This document shows, piece after piece, positions 36,593 to 46,950 of a stretch of 64,000 nucleotides of DNA; position 1 is the first letter of the stretch, and every line of letters begins with the position of its first letter. Source of the stretch: Candidatus Latescibacterota bacterium. GTDB lineage: Bacteria > Latescibacterota > UBA2968. The translations under genes were made by a program, and so were the position numbers. The stretch spans positions 2,592,001 to 2,656,000 of the forward strand of contig OZ242320.1 of the NCBI GenBank assembly GCA_965208125.1. Reading direction: 5' to 3'. The notes below the pieces were generated by a model. That model saw nothing but the letters and a program-made list of their open reading frames with translations, was not told the origin of the DNA and did no database searches.

Positions 36593-39298
36593 TTAATAAT
36601 ACGTCGTGACGGGGCCTGCCGATATAGGATCGACTTTCTCGGGATCAATGCCGAGTTCGTCGATGGCTGTGGCGACCTGTTCGCGTTTGATTTTACCTTG
36701 TTTTGCCAGGACGTGAAGCGCGGCCACAGCGATGCACTCAGCGTCAACTTCAAAATGCCGACGCAGAGCCTGGCGCGTGTCGCTGCGCCCAAATCCATCT
36801 GTACCGAGGACCATCATGTCTTCGGGTACCCAGGGGCGAATCATTTCGGGCAGGGCTTTCATGTAATCGGATGCAGCGACGATCGGACCATCGGTTTTTT
36901 CGAGTACTTTGACGATGTACGGCTTTTTCTTTCGCCGCGTTGGGTGCAGCATGTTCCACCGTTCGGTCTCAAGTGCGTCTCGCCGCAATTCTTTGTATGA
37001 GGTGACGCTCCACACGTCGGCAGAAATATTGTATTCGGCGGCGAGGATTTCTTGCGCGCGCAGGGTTTCGCGGAGGATGGATGCACTGCCAAAGAGCTGA
37101 ATCTTGTGCTGGCCCTGTTGTGTTTCGTGCGTTTTGAGCGGATAAATGCCTTTGACAATGCCTTCTTCAACACCTTTGGGCATGGGGGGATGTTCGTAGT
37201 TTTCATTGCCCAGGGTCATGTAGTAATAGACATCTTCCTGTTCCTGGTACATGCGTCGAATGCCGTCCTGGATGATGATGGCAATTTCGTAAGCATAAGC
37301 CGGGTCATAGGCAATACAGTTGGGAACGGATGAGGCGAGAATGTGGCTGTGTCCGTCTTCGTGCTGGAGACCTTCGCCGTTGAGCGTGGTGCGTCCGGCT
37401 GTTCCGCCCAAGAGAAAGCCCTTGCAGCGGATATCGCCAGCCAGCCACATGAGGTCGCCCACGCGCTGGAAACCGAACATGGAATAGTAGATGTAGAATG
37501 GAATGGTGTTGACGCCGTGTGTGGCATAAGCTGTGCCAGCGCAGATGAATGAGGACATGGCACCGGCTTCGTTGATGCCTTCTTCGAGGATTTGGCCGTC
37601 CTGGGCTTCTCGATAGTAGCTGATGTTGCCCGCGTCAACGGGTTCGTATATCTGCCCCAGGTGCGAGTAGATGCCGAGTTGCCGAAAGAGGGAATCCATA
37701 CCAAAGGTGCGGGCTTCGTCCGGAATGATGGGGACGAGCAGTTTGCCGATGTCTTTGTCGCGGGCGAGTTTGGCAAACAGACGCGCAAAGGCCATGGTCG
37801 TAGAAGCCTGGCGGTCACCTGTACCTTTGAAGGCTTCGTCAAATACCTCGCGCGAGGGTGCTTGAATGGGTTTGGCCCGAACGCTTCGGGCGGGCAAATA
37901 TCCGCCGAGTTCGCGGCGTTGTTGTTGCAAGTACTGCATTTCAGGGCTGTCGTCGGGGGGACGATAAAAGGGTGCTTTGCCCACTTCGCTGTCGGAGATG
38001 GGGATGTCAAAGCGCCGTTTGAATTCACGCATTTCGTCTTCTTCGAGCTTTTTTTGCTGGTGGGTCATGTTGCGGCCTTCGCCAGCTTCGCCCAGGCCAT
38101 AGCCCTTGATGGTTTTGGCCAGGATGACCGTTGGTGCGCCCTTGTGCTCCACAGCGGCTTTGAAGGCGGCGTACACTTTTTCGGGGTCGTGACCCCCGCG
38201 ACGCAATTTTTGGAGTTGTTCGTCCGAGAGGTGTTCGACCATTTTGAGCAGGTCGGGATGGGTGCCAAAAAAGTCGCGGCGGATGTATTCACCGGATTCG
38301 ACGGTGTATTTCTGGTATTGACCATCGACGACTTCTTCCATGCGCTGCTGAAGCAGGCCCTGGGTGTCTTTTTCGAGAAGCGGGTCCCAATCGTCTCCCC
38401 ATATCACTTTGATGACATTCCAGCCGGCGCCGCGAAATACCTGTTCGAGTTCTTGAATGATTTTGCTATTGCCGCGCACGGGACCATCGAGGCGTTGCAG
38501 GTTGCAATTGATCACAAAGATGAGGTTGTCGAGTTGTTCGCGGGTTGCCAGGCTGATGGCGCCGAGGGTTTCGGGTTCGTCTGTTTCGCCGTCGCCAACG
38601 AAGACCCAGACTTTGGAATCGCGAGTTGATTTGAGGCCGCGGTCTTCGAGGTAGCGGTTGAAGCGGGCCTGGAAGATGCCCACGAGGGGACCAAGGCCCA
38701 TTGATACCGTGGGGAATTGCCAGAAGTCGGGCATGAGATAGGGGTGGGGATAGGAAGACAGGCCGCCGGGATTGCGGAGTTCTCGGCGAAAGTTTTCGAG
38801 ATGTTCGGTGCTCAGCCGACCTTCGAGGAAGGCGCGGGCATACATGCCGGGCGAGGCATGGCCCTGGAAGAAGACCTGGTCCCCGGAGAAATCGCCATTG
38901 GGTGCTTTGAAGAAGTGATTTTGACCCACTTCATATAGCGTGGCAGCCGATGCAAAGGTGGAGATGTGACCGCCAATGCCATCGGCTTCTTTGTTGGCAC
39001 GGGTGACCATGGCCATGGCATTCCATCGCACGAGACTTTTGATGCGGCGCTCGATTTCGCGGTCGCCCGGATAGGGCAGTTGTTTGTCGAGTGGGATGGT
39101 GTTGATATAAGGCGTATGGGGTGCAAAGGGTATGTCAACGCCCAGACTTTTTTGCGCTTCTTGTTCGAGGCGGTCGAGCAAATAGCGCACGCGGTCGGGA
39201 CCGCCGTGTTGCAGAACATAAGCCAGTGATTCGATCCATTCTTCGGTTTCGATGGGATCGGTATCGCGAAATGTATCTGGTGCGACAGAATCGGCCAT
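36593..39298 (-). CDS. aceE: Pyruvate dehydrogenase E1, homodimeric type
   Basis: GGHISTFAS, QGHASPG, GDGETDEPE, PDEARTFGM, GEGLQHEDGHS. Confidence 0.97.
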   Translation of the reverse strand: MADSVAPDTFRDTDPIETEEWIESLAYVLQHGGPDRVRYLLDRLEQEAQKSLGVDIPFAPHTPYINTIPLDKQLPYPGDREIERRIKSLVRWNAMAMVTRANKEADGIGGHISTFASAATLYEVGQNHFFKAPNGDFSGDQVFFQGHASPGMYARAFLEGRLSTEHLENFRRELRNPGGLSSYPHPYLMPDFWQFPTVSMGLGPLVGIFQARFNRYLEDRGLKSTRDSKVWVFVGDGETDEPETLGAISLATREQLDNLIFVINCNLQRLDGPVRGNSKIIQELEQVFRGAGWNVIKVIWGDDWDPLLEKDTQGLLQQRMEEVVDGQYQKYTVESGEYIRRDFFGTHPDLLKMVEHLSDEQLQKLRRGGHDPEKVYAAFKAAVEHKGAPTVILAKTIKGYGLGEAGEGRNMTHQQKKLEEDEMREFKRRFDIPISDSEVGKAPFYRPPDDSPEMQYLQQQRRELGGYLPARSVRAKPIQAPSREVFDEAFKGTGDRQASTTMAFARLFAKLARDKDIGKLLVPIIPDEARTFGMDSLFRQLGIYSHLGQIYEPVDAGNISYYREAQDGQILEEGINEAGAMSSFICAGTAYATHGVNTIPFYIYYSMFGFQRVGDLMWLAGDIRCKGFLLGGTAGRTTLNGEGLQHEDGHSHILASSVPNCIAYDPAYAYEIAIIIQDGIRRMYQEQEDVYYYMTLGNENYEHPPMPKGVEEGIVKGIYPLKTHETQQGQHKIQLFGSASILRETLRAQEILAAEYNISADVWSVTSYKELRRDALETERWNMLHPTRRKKKPYIVKVLEKTDGPIVAASDYMKALPEMIRPWVPEDMMVLGTDGFGRSDTRQALRRHFEVDAECIAVAALHVLAKQGKIKREQVATAIDELGIDPEKVDPISAGPVTTYY

Positions 39299-39566
39299 GG
39301 TAAAACCCCTTTGTTCTGTGGTGCAATGACGGGTATTTACAATAATATACGCGCGTATCCAAATGTCTCTTCTGTGCGTGAAATTTACGAGGGATAATGA
39401 ATTTTGTCAAATGTAGAGCGTATTTTTTTGCGAGAGAATGGCAAATTTTAAGGAAATGTATTTATATAAGATGTTGTTAATTAGTAAAATGATATTATTA
39501 GTTGACCGGTTGGTAAAATATGGCAAAAAACAGGGCATCTCGCATCTTCCGGGAGGAGAAGAGATG

Positions 39567-39959
39567 TCAGGCGTCCGGTACTTGTTGTCCCCGATGGCAG
39601 GTCTGGCAGGTGATCTGGGTGAATTGTCCTTCTTTGAAGTCTTTGAGGATTTCACCATTGATTTTTTGCGTCATGGTAATCATGAGGCGCGCAATGTCTT
39701 TGCGGGGGTTTTCGTCTGATGCAAAATCGTAAGTGGATAGGGATTGGCCTTCTTCCCCTTTGTGGCAAGCGTGACAGCGCACGCCCAGTGCTTTGCTAAA
39801 GTCTTTCATGTACTGCATGAGTTGCGCTTTTTTGATGTCTTTGGGCAGGACTTTTAAGTTGGTGTAGGTGTCGGGAATTTGGGCGAATGATGCGGTGACG
39901 ATCAGAGAGATGAAGGAACTGATTGTGAGAATGAGCGCGATGAGTAGCGTGCGGTTCAT
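39567..39959 (-). CDS. Exported diheme c-type cytochrome
   Basis: Signal peptide; NLKVLP...M....ALGVRCHACH and ITCQTCHRG. Confidence 0.85.
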   Translation of the reverse strand: MNRTLLIALILTISSFISLIVTASFAQIPDTYTNLKVLPKDIKKAQLMQYMKDFSKALGVRCHACHKGEEGQSLSTYDFASDENPRKDIARLMITMTQKINGEILKDFKEGQFTQITCQTCHRGQQVPDA

Positions 39960-39972
39960 GGTGCCTCCTGAG

Positions 39973-40065
39973 GAAGTGTGAAGTGTGAAGTAGGAAGTGT
40001 GAAGTGTGAAGTACCAGCCTATGGACGGTTGGGCAGGGCCTTCTAACTTCTCCCTTCTAACTTCT
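39973..40065. repeat. Heptamer tandem repeats (GAAGTGT/GAAGTAG) with a downstream complementary tract
   Basis: gaagtgtgaagtgtgaagtaggaagtgtgaagtgtgaagt ... cttctaacttctcccttctaacttct. Confidence 0.8.
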
Positions 40066-41091
40066 TCCTTCTCTTTTTAGCCATTGCAGTTGATTTGTTT
40101 GCGGAAAAGCGGCGATGGGGTTTTCAAGGGGTCCAATGCCTTCAAAGGTCATGCATACGCGATCGCCTTCGCGCAAGCCGCTTTCGAGATCGTCGTCAGA
40201 AAAAACAATGGGTGTGCCCCAGTAGAGGATTTGCAGGGTGTCGGGTTCAAGAGGTAAACGGGAAAAGAGCGATCTCTCGAGGTGAAAGAGGCCGTCGGGC
40301 ATGTTGAGATGGTTTTGCCCGGTATGCCCTTCTTTGCAGGCTATGCGCGTGTTGTTGCGTATCACTTCGCAAGAGACGGCTACGCTGCTGTCGTCGAAAG
40401 CCGATTCGGTGACCATCAGGGGACCGAGGCTGGCGCAGCCGTGGGACCAGTTTTTTGCCTGGGGTAAGTTGAGGGGGTTTTCGGCTTCGATGCCGTTGTC
40501 GGTGTAGTCGTTGCCGCCTGTGTAGCCCAAACGCTCAATTTGGCCGGTGGCATTGAGGCCGTAGATGGTTACGAGTTCTGTTTCGGGTACGAGGCGCTGG
40601 GTGTTGTCTGGATGGGATATAGAGCCACCGTGTCCGACGAGGGCAGCGGTGTCGTTTTTGGCAAAGAGTTCGGGAGTGCCGCCCTGCGCGCATTCCCGAT
40701 ATTTTTGATCATAGACGTTGACGGCATCACCGGTGGCTTGTTTGGCTTCGATTTCGCGCAATTTGGCGCTGTCTTCGTGGGTGACGCCGGCCAGCCAGAT
40801 CCGCAATTTGTGTGGCGCATCTGTTGGTGCGGTTACCGGGCTGATGAGGTGCGGTTGATTGGGGTCGCCCGTGTTGTCCAGGAGGTCGCGGAGTGATAGG
40901 CGCGGCGCATTGCGGATGTTGATTGACTCTACTGTGGTTTCAATGCCGTTTTTGTTGCCTCCGTGGCGGTAGTAGAGGTCGTGAAGCGAAGCCGGGTGGA
41001 GGGCGCAGGCTGTGAGGTCAAAGACTTCGTCGCCTTTTACAAGCCCCAGGCGAGATCCCCGCTCGGGTTGTGCGAATTGCAATAGTTTCAT
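40057..41091 (-). CDS. Fumarylacetoacetate hydrolase superfamily protein (sugar-acid dehydratase-like)
   Basis: IWLAGVTH..SA..RE, PELFAK, VPETEL, GYTGGND...IEAENPL.LPQAK. Confidence 0.82.
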   Translation of the reverse strand: MKLLQFAQPERGSRLGLVKGDEVFDLTACALHPASLHDLYYRHGGNKNGIETTVESINIRNAPRLSLRDLLDNTGDPNQPHLISPVTAPTDAPHKLRIWLAGVTHEDSAKLREIEAKQATGDAVNVYDQKYRECAQGGTPELFAKNDTAALVGHGGSISHPDNTQRLVPETELVTIYGLNATGQIERLGYTGGNDYTDNGIEAENPLNLPQAKNWSHGCASLGPLMVTESAFDDSSVAVSCEVIRNNTRIACKEGHTGQNHLNMPDGLFHLERSLFSRLPLEPDTLQILYWGTPIVFSDDDLESGLREGDRVCMTFEGIGPLENPIAAFPQTNQLQWLKREGRS

Positions 41092-41218
41092 AGTTTCCTC
41101 GGTGTTTGTGGGATGAAAAACAAGAATAGTTATTATTGGGGCACCTGTAAAGCAGATAATTAGGTTCGCAATTGCGCGCTTTTTTTTGCATATTGAGGAA
41201 CAAAAGGAGGCGGGTCTT

Positions 41219-41998
41219 ATGGCAATAGCACTGATTACGGGCGCGTCGAGCGGTATTGGTTTGGAATTGGCGCGGGTGTTTGCGGCTGATGGGGTTGATG
41301 TGATTTTGTCGGCTCGGTCCGAGGGTAAGTTGCATGCGCTGGCGAGAGAAGTGCAGGAGAAGTATGCTGTAAAGGCTGAGGTGATTGTGGCCGATTTGTC
41401 CGTGTCGGGTGAGGCTGAGAAGGTTTATGACCGGGTCGTGGAATTGGGATGGGATGTGGATTATCTGGTGAATAATGCCGGGTTTGGGGTTTATGGTTTT
41501 TACGCGGAGACAGATTGGTTGGCCGAAGCGGATATGTTGCAGGTGAATATTGTCGCTTTGACGCATTTGACCAAGTTGTTTTTGCCGGATTTGATCGATA
41601 GAGGTCGAGGAAGAATTTTGAATGTGGCTTCGACTGCGGCGTTTCAGCCCGGTCCGAGGATGGCCGTGTATTTTGCGACTAAGGCGTATGTGTTGTCGTT
41701 TTCAGATGCGATTGCCAATGAGTTAAAGGGTACGGGTGTGAGCGTGACTGCGCTGTGTCCAGGGGCAACGGAGACGGGTTTTCAACGCGCTGCAGGTGCA
41801 ACGGGTTCGCGTTTGTTTGATATGCGCGGATTGCCCACGGGTGCCGATGTGGCAAAATATGGGTACAGGGCTATGCAAAAGGGCAAGCGGGTCGCTATTC
41901 ACGGGTTGATTAGTAAGATACTGGCTTTTACTGTGCGCTTATTACCTCGACGGATTGTTGTTGCAACGACGAGAGCGTTGATTGCGAGGAGTGATTAA
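41219..41998 (+). CDS. SDR family oxidoreductase
   Basis: ITGASSGIG, NNAGFG, YFATK. Confidence 0.93.
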   Translation: MAIALITGASSGIGLELARVFAADGVDVILSARSEGKLHALAREVQEKYAVKAEVIVADLSVSGEAEKVYDRVVELGWDVDYLVNNAGFGVYGFYAETDWLAEADMLQVNIVALTHLTKLFLPDLIDRGRGRILNVASTAAFQPGPRMAVYFATKAYVLSFSDAIANELKGTGVSVTALCPGATETGFQRAAGATGSRLFDMRGLPTGADVAKYGYRAMQKGKRVAIHGLISKILAFTVRLLPRRIVVATTRALIARSD

Positions 41999-43287
41999 GC
42001 CAGTGCATCTGCCTGTGCGCGGCTCTTAGATAGAAAGCGGTCCAGTTGCAGGCGCTCGGCATGGTTGGAATTGAGGCGAATGCGCAGGTGTACGTCGTTG
42101 CCCTCATAATCCCGGGTCAGTATTTCGCTGTGGGTGTAAAGTTGTGAGAGGAGTTTGCCTTCACTTTGTGGCACCTGAAGTTTCAGGGTGACTGCATCGG
42201 CAGCCAAAAAATCACATATCCCATTTTTGACCGCGTCGAGAGCAGCGGCATCGAGCGCAGAAATTGCAAGCGCATTGGGATTTTTTGCGCAGCGTTTTGC
42301 AATTTCTTTTTGTCGTTCAGAATCTGCGAGGTCCATTTTGTTATAGACAGTCAGGGCGGGTTTGTCATCAATTTTGAGTTTTGTGAGGACTTCGCTGACT
42401 GTGATCATTTGCATTTTGTATTGCGAATGGCTGGCATCGACAACGTGAAGGAGCAGGTCCGCCTGTACGGCTTCTTGTAATGTGGCGCGAAAGCAGGCAA
42501 AGAGGTGGTGCGGTAAGCGGTTGATAAAGCCGACGGTGTCGGTGAGCAAGATGGGGCGATGGCTGTGTACATCGACGCTGCGCGTGGTGTTGGTCAAAGT
42601 GGCAAAAAGCTGATTTTCGACCAGGACATTTTCACCTGAAAGCCCGCGCATAAGCGTGGATTTGCCCGCGTTAGTATAGCCTACGAGCACAACGTTAAAA
42701 CTATGGCTGCGCCCTTTGCGGCTGGTGTCCATTTGACGTCTCACTCGTTTGAGGCTGTCATGGAGGGATTTTCCGCGCTGTTCGATCCACCTGCGGGTGG
42801 TTTCGGTGTGCGTTTCACCCGAGCCGAGGCCTGCGCGACGTTCTGCGTGGGGATTAAACTGGCGAATGCGTGGGCGCAAATAACGCAGGTGGGCCATTTG
42901 TACTTGAATTTGTGCGGTGCGTGTGCGTGCGTGTAAAGCAAAAATATCGAGGATGAGCAGGCTGCGATCGAGGATGCGTATCTCAATATGGGTTTCGAGG
43001 TTGCGCATTTGCGAGGGCGAAAGGTCATTGTCAAAGATGATCGCGTCGATATCTCTGTTTTTGGCCATTTCTCGAAGTTCGTCGATTTTGCCCGAACCGA
43101 TATAGGTGGCTGGATCGGGTTTGTCGCGATTTTGCAATGTGCGATCAATTACCTCAAAGGTGGCAGTGGTGGCCAGGTGCGCGAGTTCTTCGAGAGATTC
43201 TCTGGCGCTGCGTGTGGAGATCCCGCGTTGCGCCACCCCAACGAGAACGGCACGTCGTATGCCCTGTGCGTCAAAGATATGATCCAT
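41995..43287 (-). CDS. hflX: GTPase HflX
   Basis: YIGSGK, LSPSQMRNLE, LILDIFA, GYTNAGKST, LFATL, DTVGFI, NKMD. Confidence 0.92.
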   Translation of the reverse strand: MDHIFDAQGIRRAVLVGVAQRGISTRSARESLEELAHLATTATFEVIDRTLQNRDKPDPATYIGSGKIDELREMAKNRDIDAIIFDNDLSPSQMRNLETHIEIRILDRSLLILDIFALHARTRTAQIQVQMAHLRYLRPRIRQFNPHAERRAGLGSGETHTETTRRWIEQRGKSLHDSLKRVRRQMDTSRKGRSHSFNVVLVGYTNAGKSTLMRGLSGENVLVENQLFATLTNTTRSVDVHSHRPILLTDTVGFINRLPHHLFACFRATLQEAVQADLLLHVVDASHSQYKMQMITVSEVLTKLKIDDKPALTVYNKMDLADSERQKEIAKRCAKNPNALAISALDAAALDAVKNGICDFLAADAVTLKLQVPQSEGKLLSQLYTHSEILTRDYEGNDVHLRIRLNSNHAERLQLDRFLSKSRAQADALA

Positions 43288-43332
43288 GTTGCCTCCTGAG
43301 TTTTTAGCTTATATTCATGATAAGGTGAAGAT

Positions 43333-43863
43333 ATGTTGATGCAAAGTGAAATCGCTGGAGTAGGACGGCGTCTGCTGGCAACGGTGCTGGATTTTGTGAT
43401 TTTGCACCTGGTGCTGACGGTGGTTCTGCGCAATATGCTGCTATCGCCTGCGGGTGTGTGGATGGTAGATTTTGTTTTTATTGTGATATATTCCGCGATA
43501 TTTGTGGGGGTTATGGGCCAGACGCCGGGCAAGATGTTGTTGGGGTTGCGCGTGATTGATGCCCAGGGTGGTGGGTTGAGTTATGGGCAGACGTTTCGGC
43601 GTGCGGTGGTGAAGTGGGCGCCGGTTTTTGTGCTGTTTATTGTGATGGCTCTGTTGACGCCAGAGGAGTTGTACCAGCGTCCCTCAGATGGAGAGGGGAT
43701 CGAGATGGTAGAGGTGGAGGCGGAGTCTGCTGTGGCTTCTTCGACCGCAATGGTGATCGGTACGGTGGTCTGGGTGGTGTTGATTCACATGGCGCGCCGC
43801 CATCCCGATGGTCAGGGGATTCACGACCGCGTGGCAGAGACGTATGTGATTAAAACGAGGTGA
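43333..43863 (+). CDS. RDD family membrane protein
   Basis: RRLLATVLD, GQTPGKMLLGLRV, HDRVAETYV. Confidence 0.9.
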   Translation: MLMQSEIAGVGRRLLATVLDFVILHLVLTVVLRNMLLSPAGVWMVDFVFIVIYSAIFVGVMGQTPGKMLLGLRVIDAQGGGLSYGQTFRRAVVKWAPVFVLFIVMALLTPEELYQRPSDGEGIEMVEVEAESAVASSTAMVIGTVVWVVLIHMARRHPDGQGIHDRVAETYVIKTR

Positions 43864-43866
43864 TGA

Positions 43867-46170
43867 TTATCGGGTGCCTGGAATAAAGAAGACAGCATCT
43901 TTTTTTGTGCTCTGATCGGCGTTTTTATCTGTGATTGTGAGTTTGAGGGTGTAGCGTCCGGGCGCGAGGTTGCTGAGGGGCATTTCGAGATAGGTGTTTT
44001 CGTCGGGGTTTGTACCGACTTGATCAAAGCTGAGGCCAACGGCCTCGGTATTTTTTTTGCCCAATTTGGCGAGGAGGGATACGAGCGCGAAACCGGTTTC
44101 CTGGCGTTTTTGCACTTCGTAGGAGATGGTGTAGCGCGTCTGTCCAAATTCGTCGCGTTTGAGGTTGTAGATTTCAAAGTAAACGTACATGGACATGCCG
44201 GGGACAAAGGTTGCCGAGGGCTGCGGCTGAATGTAGAGGTCGCCGCGCACAAAGGATGTGTCGGGTGCGCGATCCGCTTCGATGATGCGGGAGGCGATCT
44301 GGATGTCGCTCATCATCAGATGGCTTTTGTCGTGATAGGCGGGCAAGTGAAGATTGGCCTGGCGATATGCGCCAATACGGTTGGTATTTTGACGCCACGC
44401 TTCAACGGCCAGTTCATATTCGCCGGGTTCGGCGATGTGGTGTACGCCGCTCAGGGCTTGTAAACCCCGGTCCCGGATATCATCGGTAATGTCGATGGCC
44501 AATGCACTTTTGGTGTTCTGAAAATTGAGGGCGCGAGGGTAGATAAGCGCGGTGCGGCGTTCGACGACCACAGTGGTGTCCGGATCTGTGGGCAGGGCCA
44601 CATTGTCTAAAGGCAGGCCAAATATGACCTGCAATTCGGTTTTGTTCTCCGGTCCCCGAAAGGTGAGGGTGTCGAAGTAAAAGTCGAGGGGTTCGAGCGC
44701 TTCTATGCTGTACAATTCGGGTTCTACTGCCGCGAGCGATTGGGCGAGGGTGGCGGGGTTAAATTCGTTGAGGCGCTGAATCACGCTCATATACGAGCGC
44801 CCGGAGGATTCGGCATTGGCGAGATCTTCTTCGGTTAGCGATGGGACGGGGGCAAAATCGTAGTTCCCGCCCAAAAATTCATCGGTAAATGTAAATTCTG
44901 CGCCCTGTCCGAGGTCTTTGTATAGCCATACTTCCCAGGGGACAGAGGTCCAGCCGCTGGTCGTTGTGACAGGACGGTAGTCTGTAAAGCCCATATCGCC
45001 CACGCGACCTATGCCACCTTGCTCCATGGTGCGAATCGGATAGACGGGACCGACGAAGTTGGCCTCAATGCCCGCATCGCCGTAAATTGCGTACGCTCTT
45101 TGTTCTTGAATGCGCTGTACGTCGAGTGGGACAATGGCATTGAGTTTTCGGGAGGTGGAGATGTAGTCGGGTTCGCCATATCGGATGTAGATTTCTCCTC
45201 GGCGATCCCACGGCCACTTTTTGCCAAAATGGGTTCTCGCATGCCATATCCTGCGGTAGTGTTCGGCTCGGCGCAGTGCGCCTCCCGAGGTTTTAAAGGG
45301 ATCTTTTTGCAACCAGAAGCGTGTGAGAAAACGCTCGCGTTGTGTTTTGTCGTCCGAGGCTGACGCGAGGCGGTAAGCGCGCGCTTCGGCTCTTGAGCCG
45401 ATGTAAGAGATGTCGTCAAAGAGAGGCTGTTCTTCTTTCGGCAGGGTCTCGATATAGCGTTGAAATGCCGCCAGTGCGCCTTCGTGGTCGCGTCTTTTTA
45501 TGAGGGTCTGGGCGAGCAATGGCAGTGCGCGGGGGTCTCGCATGCGCGATGTGATGTCTTCGAGGTCGCGGTATTTTTTGGCTTCGTATAGCGCGTAGGC
45601 AAATTGGTATGCGGTTTCGTGGTCTTCGGGGTTGCGCTCGAGGTATTTTTTGTAGTAGTAGAGCGCGACCTGATGCGCGCTACCTTCTTTGCGATGGGCG
45701 CGAGCGAGCAGGAGATAGGGCGAAGACAGGTCGGGGAATCGCGCAATGGTTTGTGAGGCCGCTTTTCGTGCGCGGCTTCCAGTGTCTTCGAGTGCGAGCA
45801 GGGTTTTGATAAGGCGGTCGTGGGCGTCCGCATCTGTGGTGTCGATGGCGACCGCTTTTTCGTAGTGCGACAACGCGCGGTCGGGTTTATTGTGCAGATT
45901 TTGGTACACGCGACCCAGGCCCGTGTGGGCAATTGCGAGGTTGGGGCGTAAGGCGAGTGCATTTTGAAAGGCTGCTTCAGCGCTGTCGGCTTCTTCAAGG
46001 CGCAAATAGAGCAGGCCCATGCGCGCATAGTTCGCCGATGAATCAGACGCGGTAGCCAGATCTGCTTTCAACCGGTTGATGACGTCGTGGAGGTCGCGGT
46101 TTTGCGCGAATCCCGTGCTTGCAAAACTGATGAGGAGTAGATAAATGGTTGAGTAGAAGACTTTGTGCAT
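43867..46170 (-). CDS. Exported TPR + GWxTD-domain protein
   Basis: Signal peptide, TPR-like helices, FW...DP...EHYRR..A...F...WDRRGEIYIRYGEP, EVWLY. Confidence 0.8.
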   Translation of the reverse strand: MHKVFYSTIYLLLISFASTGFAQNRDLHDVINRLKADLATASDSSANYARMGLLYLRLEEADSAEAAFQNALALRPNLAIAHTGLGRVYQNLHNKPDRALSHYEKAVAIDTTDADAHDRLIKTLLALEDTGSRARKAASQTIARFPDLSSPYLLLARAHRKEGSAHQVALYYYKKYLERNPEDHETAYQFAYALYEAKKYRDLEDITSRMRDPRALPLLAQTLIKRRDHEGALAAFQRYIETLPKEEQPLFDDISYIGSRAEARAYRLASASDDKTQRERFLTRFWLQKDPFKTSGGALRRAEHYRRIWHARTHFGKKWPWDRRGEIYIRYGEPDYISTSRKLNAIVPLDVQRIQEQRAYAIYGDAGIEANFVGPVYPIRTMEQGGIGRVGDMGFTDYRPVTTTSGWTSVPWEVWLYKDLGQGAEFTFTDEFLGGNYDFAPVPSLTEEDLANAESSGRSYMSVIQRLNEFNPATLAQSLAAVEPELYSIEALEPLDFYFDTLTFRGPENKTELQVIFGLPLDNVALPTDPDTTVVVERRTALIYPRALNFQNTKSALAIDITDDIRDRGLQALSGVHHIAEPGEYELAVEAWRQNTNRIGAYRQANLHLPAYHDKSHLMMSDIQIASRIIEADRAPDTSFVRGDLYIQPQPSATFVPGMSMYVYFEIYNLKRDEFGQTRYTISYEVQKRQETGFALVSLLAKLGKKNTEAVGLSFDQVGTNPDENTYLEMPLSNLAPGRYTLKLTITDKNADQSTKKDAVFFIPGTR

Positions 46171-46419
46171 GGATAATCCTTAGTAAGTGCCGCGGTAGTT
46201 TTTACACGTTTGTTTGGGTTTTTGGTTTCTTTTTAACATTAAAAACTTTTGTTGAATTTCTCAATGACTTTTGCGACTTATGAGGCTGTAAAGGTATAAA
46301 TATATCTAATTTTCTTGACTTAGTTGAAGGGGCGTTTTATTTTCCGTCTGAAAGCGATGTGTGCGGGATAGGCACACAGGCAGGGATGTCTATGCTCTCA
46401 CTCGAATGAAAGGGCATTT

Positions 46420-46881
46420 ATGACGTTGATGGAGATTCTGTCGGGCAAATCGGTCATTATCGGGCTTAAGGGACAAAACAAGCGGGAAATTCTCGAAGAG
46501 CTTGTTAATGAACTCGAAGTAGGCGATAAAATTACTGACCGAGATAAGGTACTCCAGGCGGTTTTGGACCGCGAAGATATTATGAGTACGGGTATTGGGC
46601 ACGGTATTGCCATTCCCCATGGGAAGTCGGAATATGCCACGACGTTGGGAGGTGTGCTGGGCATCAAGTCAGAAGGTATCAATTTTAATGCTTTAGATGG
46701 TAAAAAGACCTACATTTTTTTTCTTTTGGTTTCGCCTCTGGATGTCTCGGGACCGCATATTAAAGCCTTAGCGCGTATATCACGAGTGCTTAAGGGAGAG
46801 GATTTTAGACAGCGTTTGATTGGCATTAGAAATCGCGAGGAGGCTCTGGCGATTATTGAGACAGAAGATAAGAAATACTAA
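46420..46881 (+). CDS. PTS IIA (Fru/Ntr-type) domain protein
   Basis: RE..MSTGIGHGIAIPH phospho-His motif, HIKALARIS. Confidence 0.9.
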   Translation: MTLMEILSGKSVIIGLKGQNKREILEELVNELEVGDKITDRDKVLQAVLDREDIMSTGIGHGIAIPHGKSEYATTLGGVLGIKSEGINFNALDGKKTYIFFLLVSPLDVSGPHIKALARISRVLKGEDFRQRLIGIRNREEALAIIETEDKKY

Positions 46882-46907
46882 TAAATATCATAAGATTTTA
46901 CCCTATG

Positions 46908-46935
46908 CCTGCTTTGCAGAAAAGCAGGTTTTTTT
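46908..46935 (+). terminator. Intrinsic terminator
   Basis: cctgcttt-gcaga-aaagcagg followed by T7. Confidence 0.7.
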
Positions 46936-46950
46936 GTTTGAGCATTTTTT

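Noticed and set aside
39135-39719. Short ORFs in the AT-rich region upstream of aceE
   Set aside because: Low-complexity translations overlapping the promoter region and the cytochrome gene; likely spurious.
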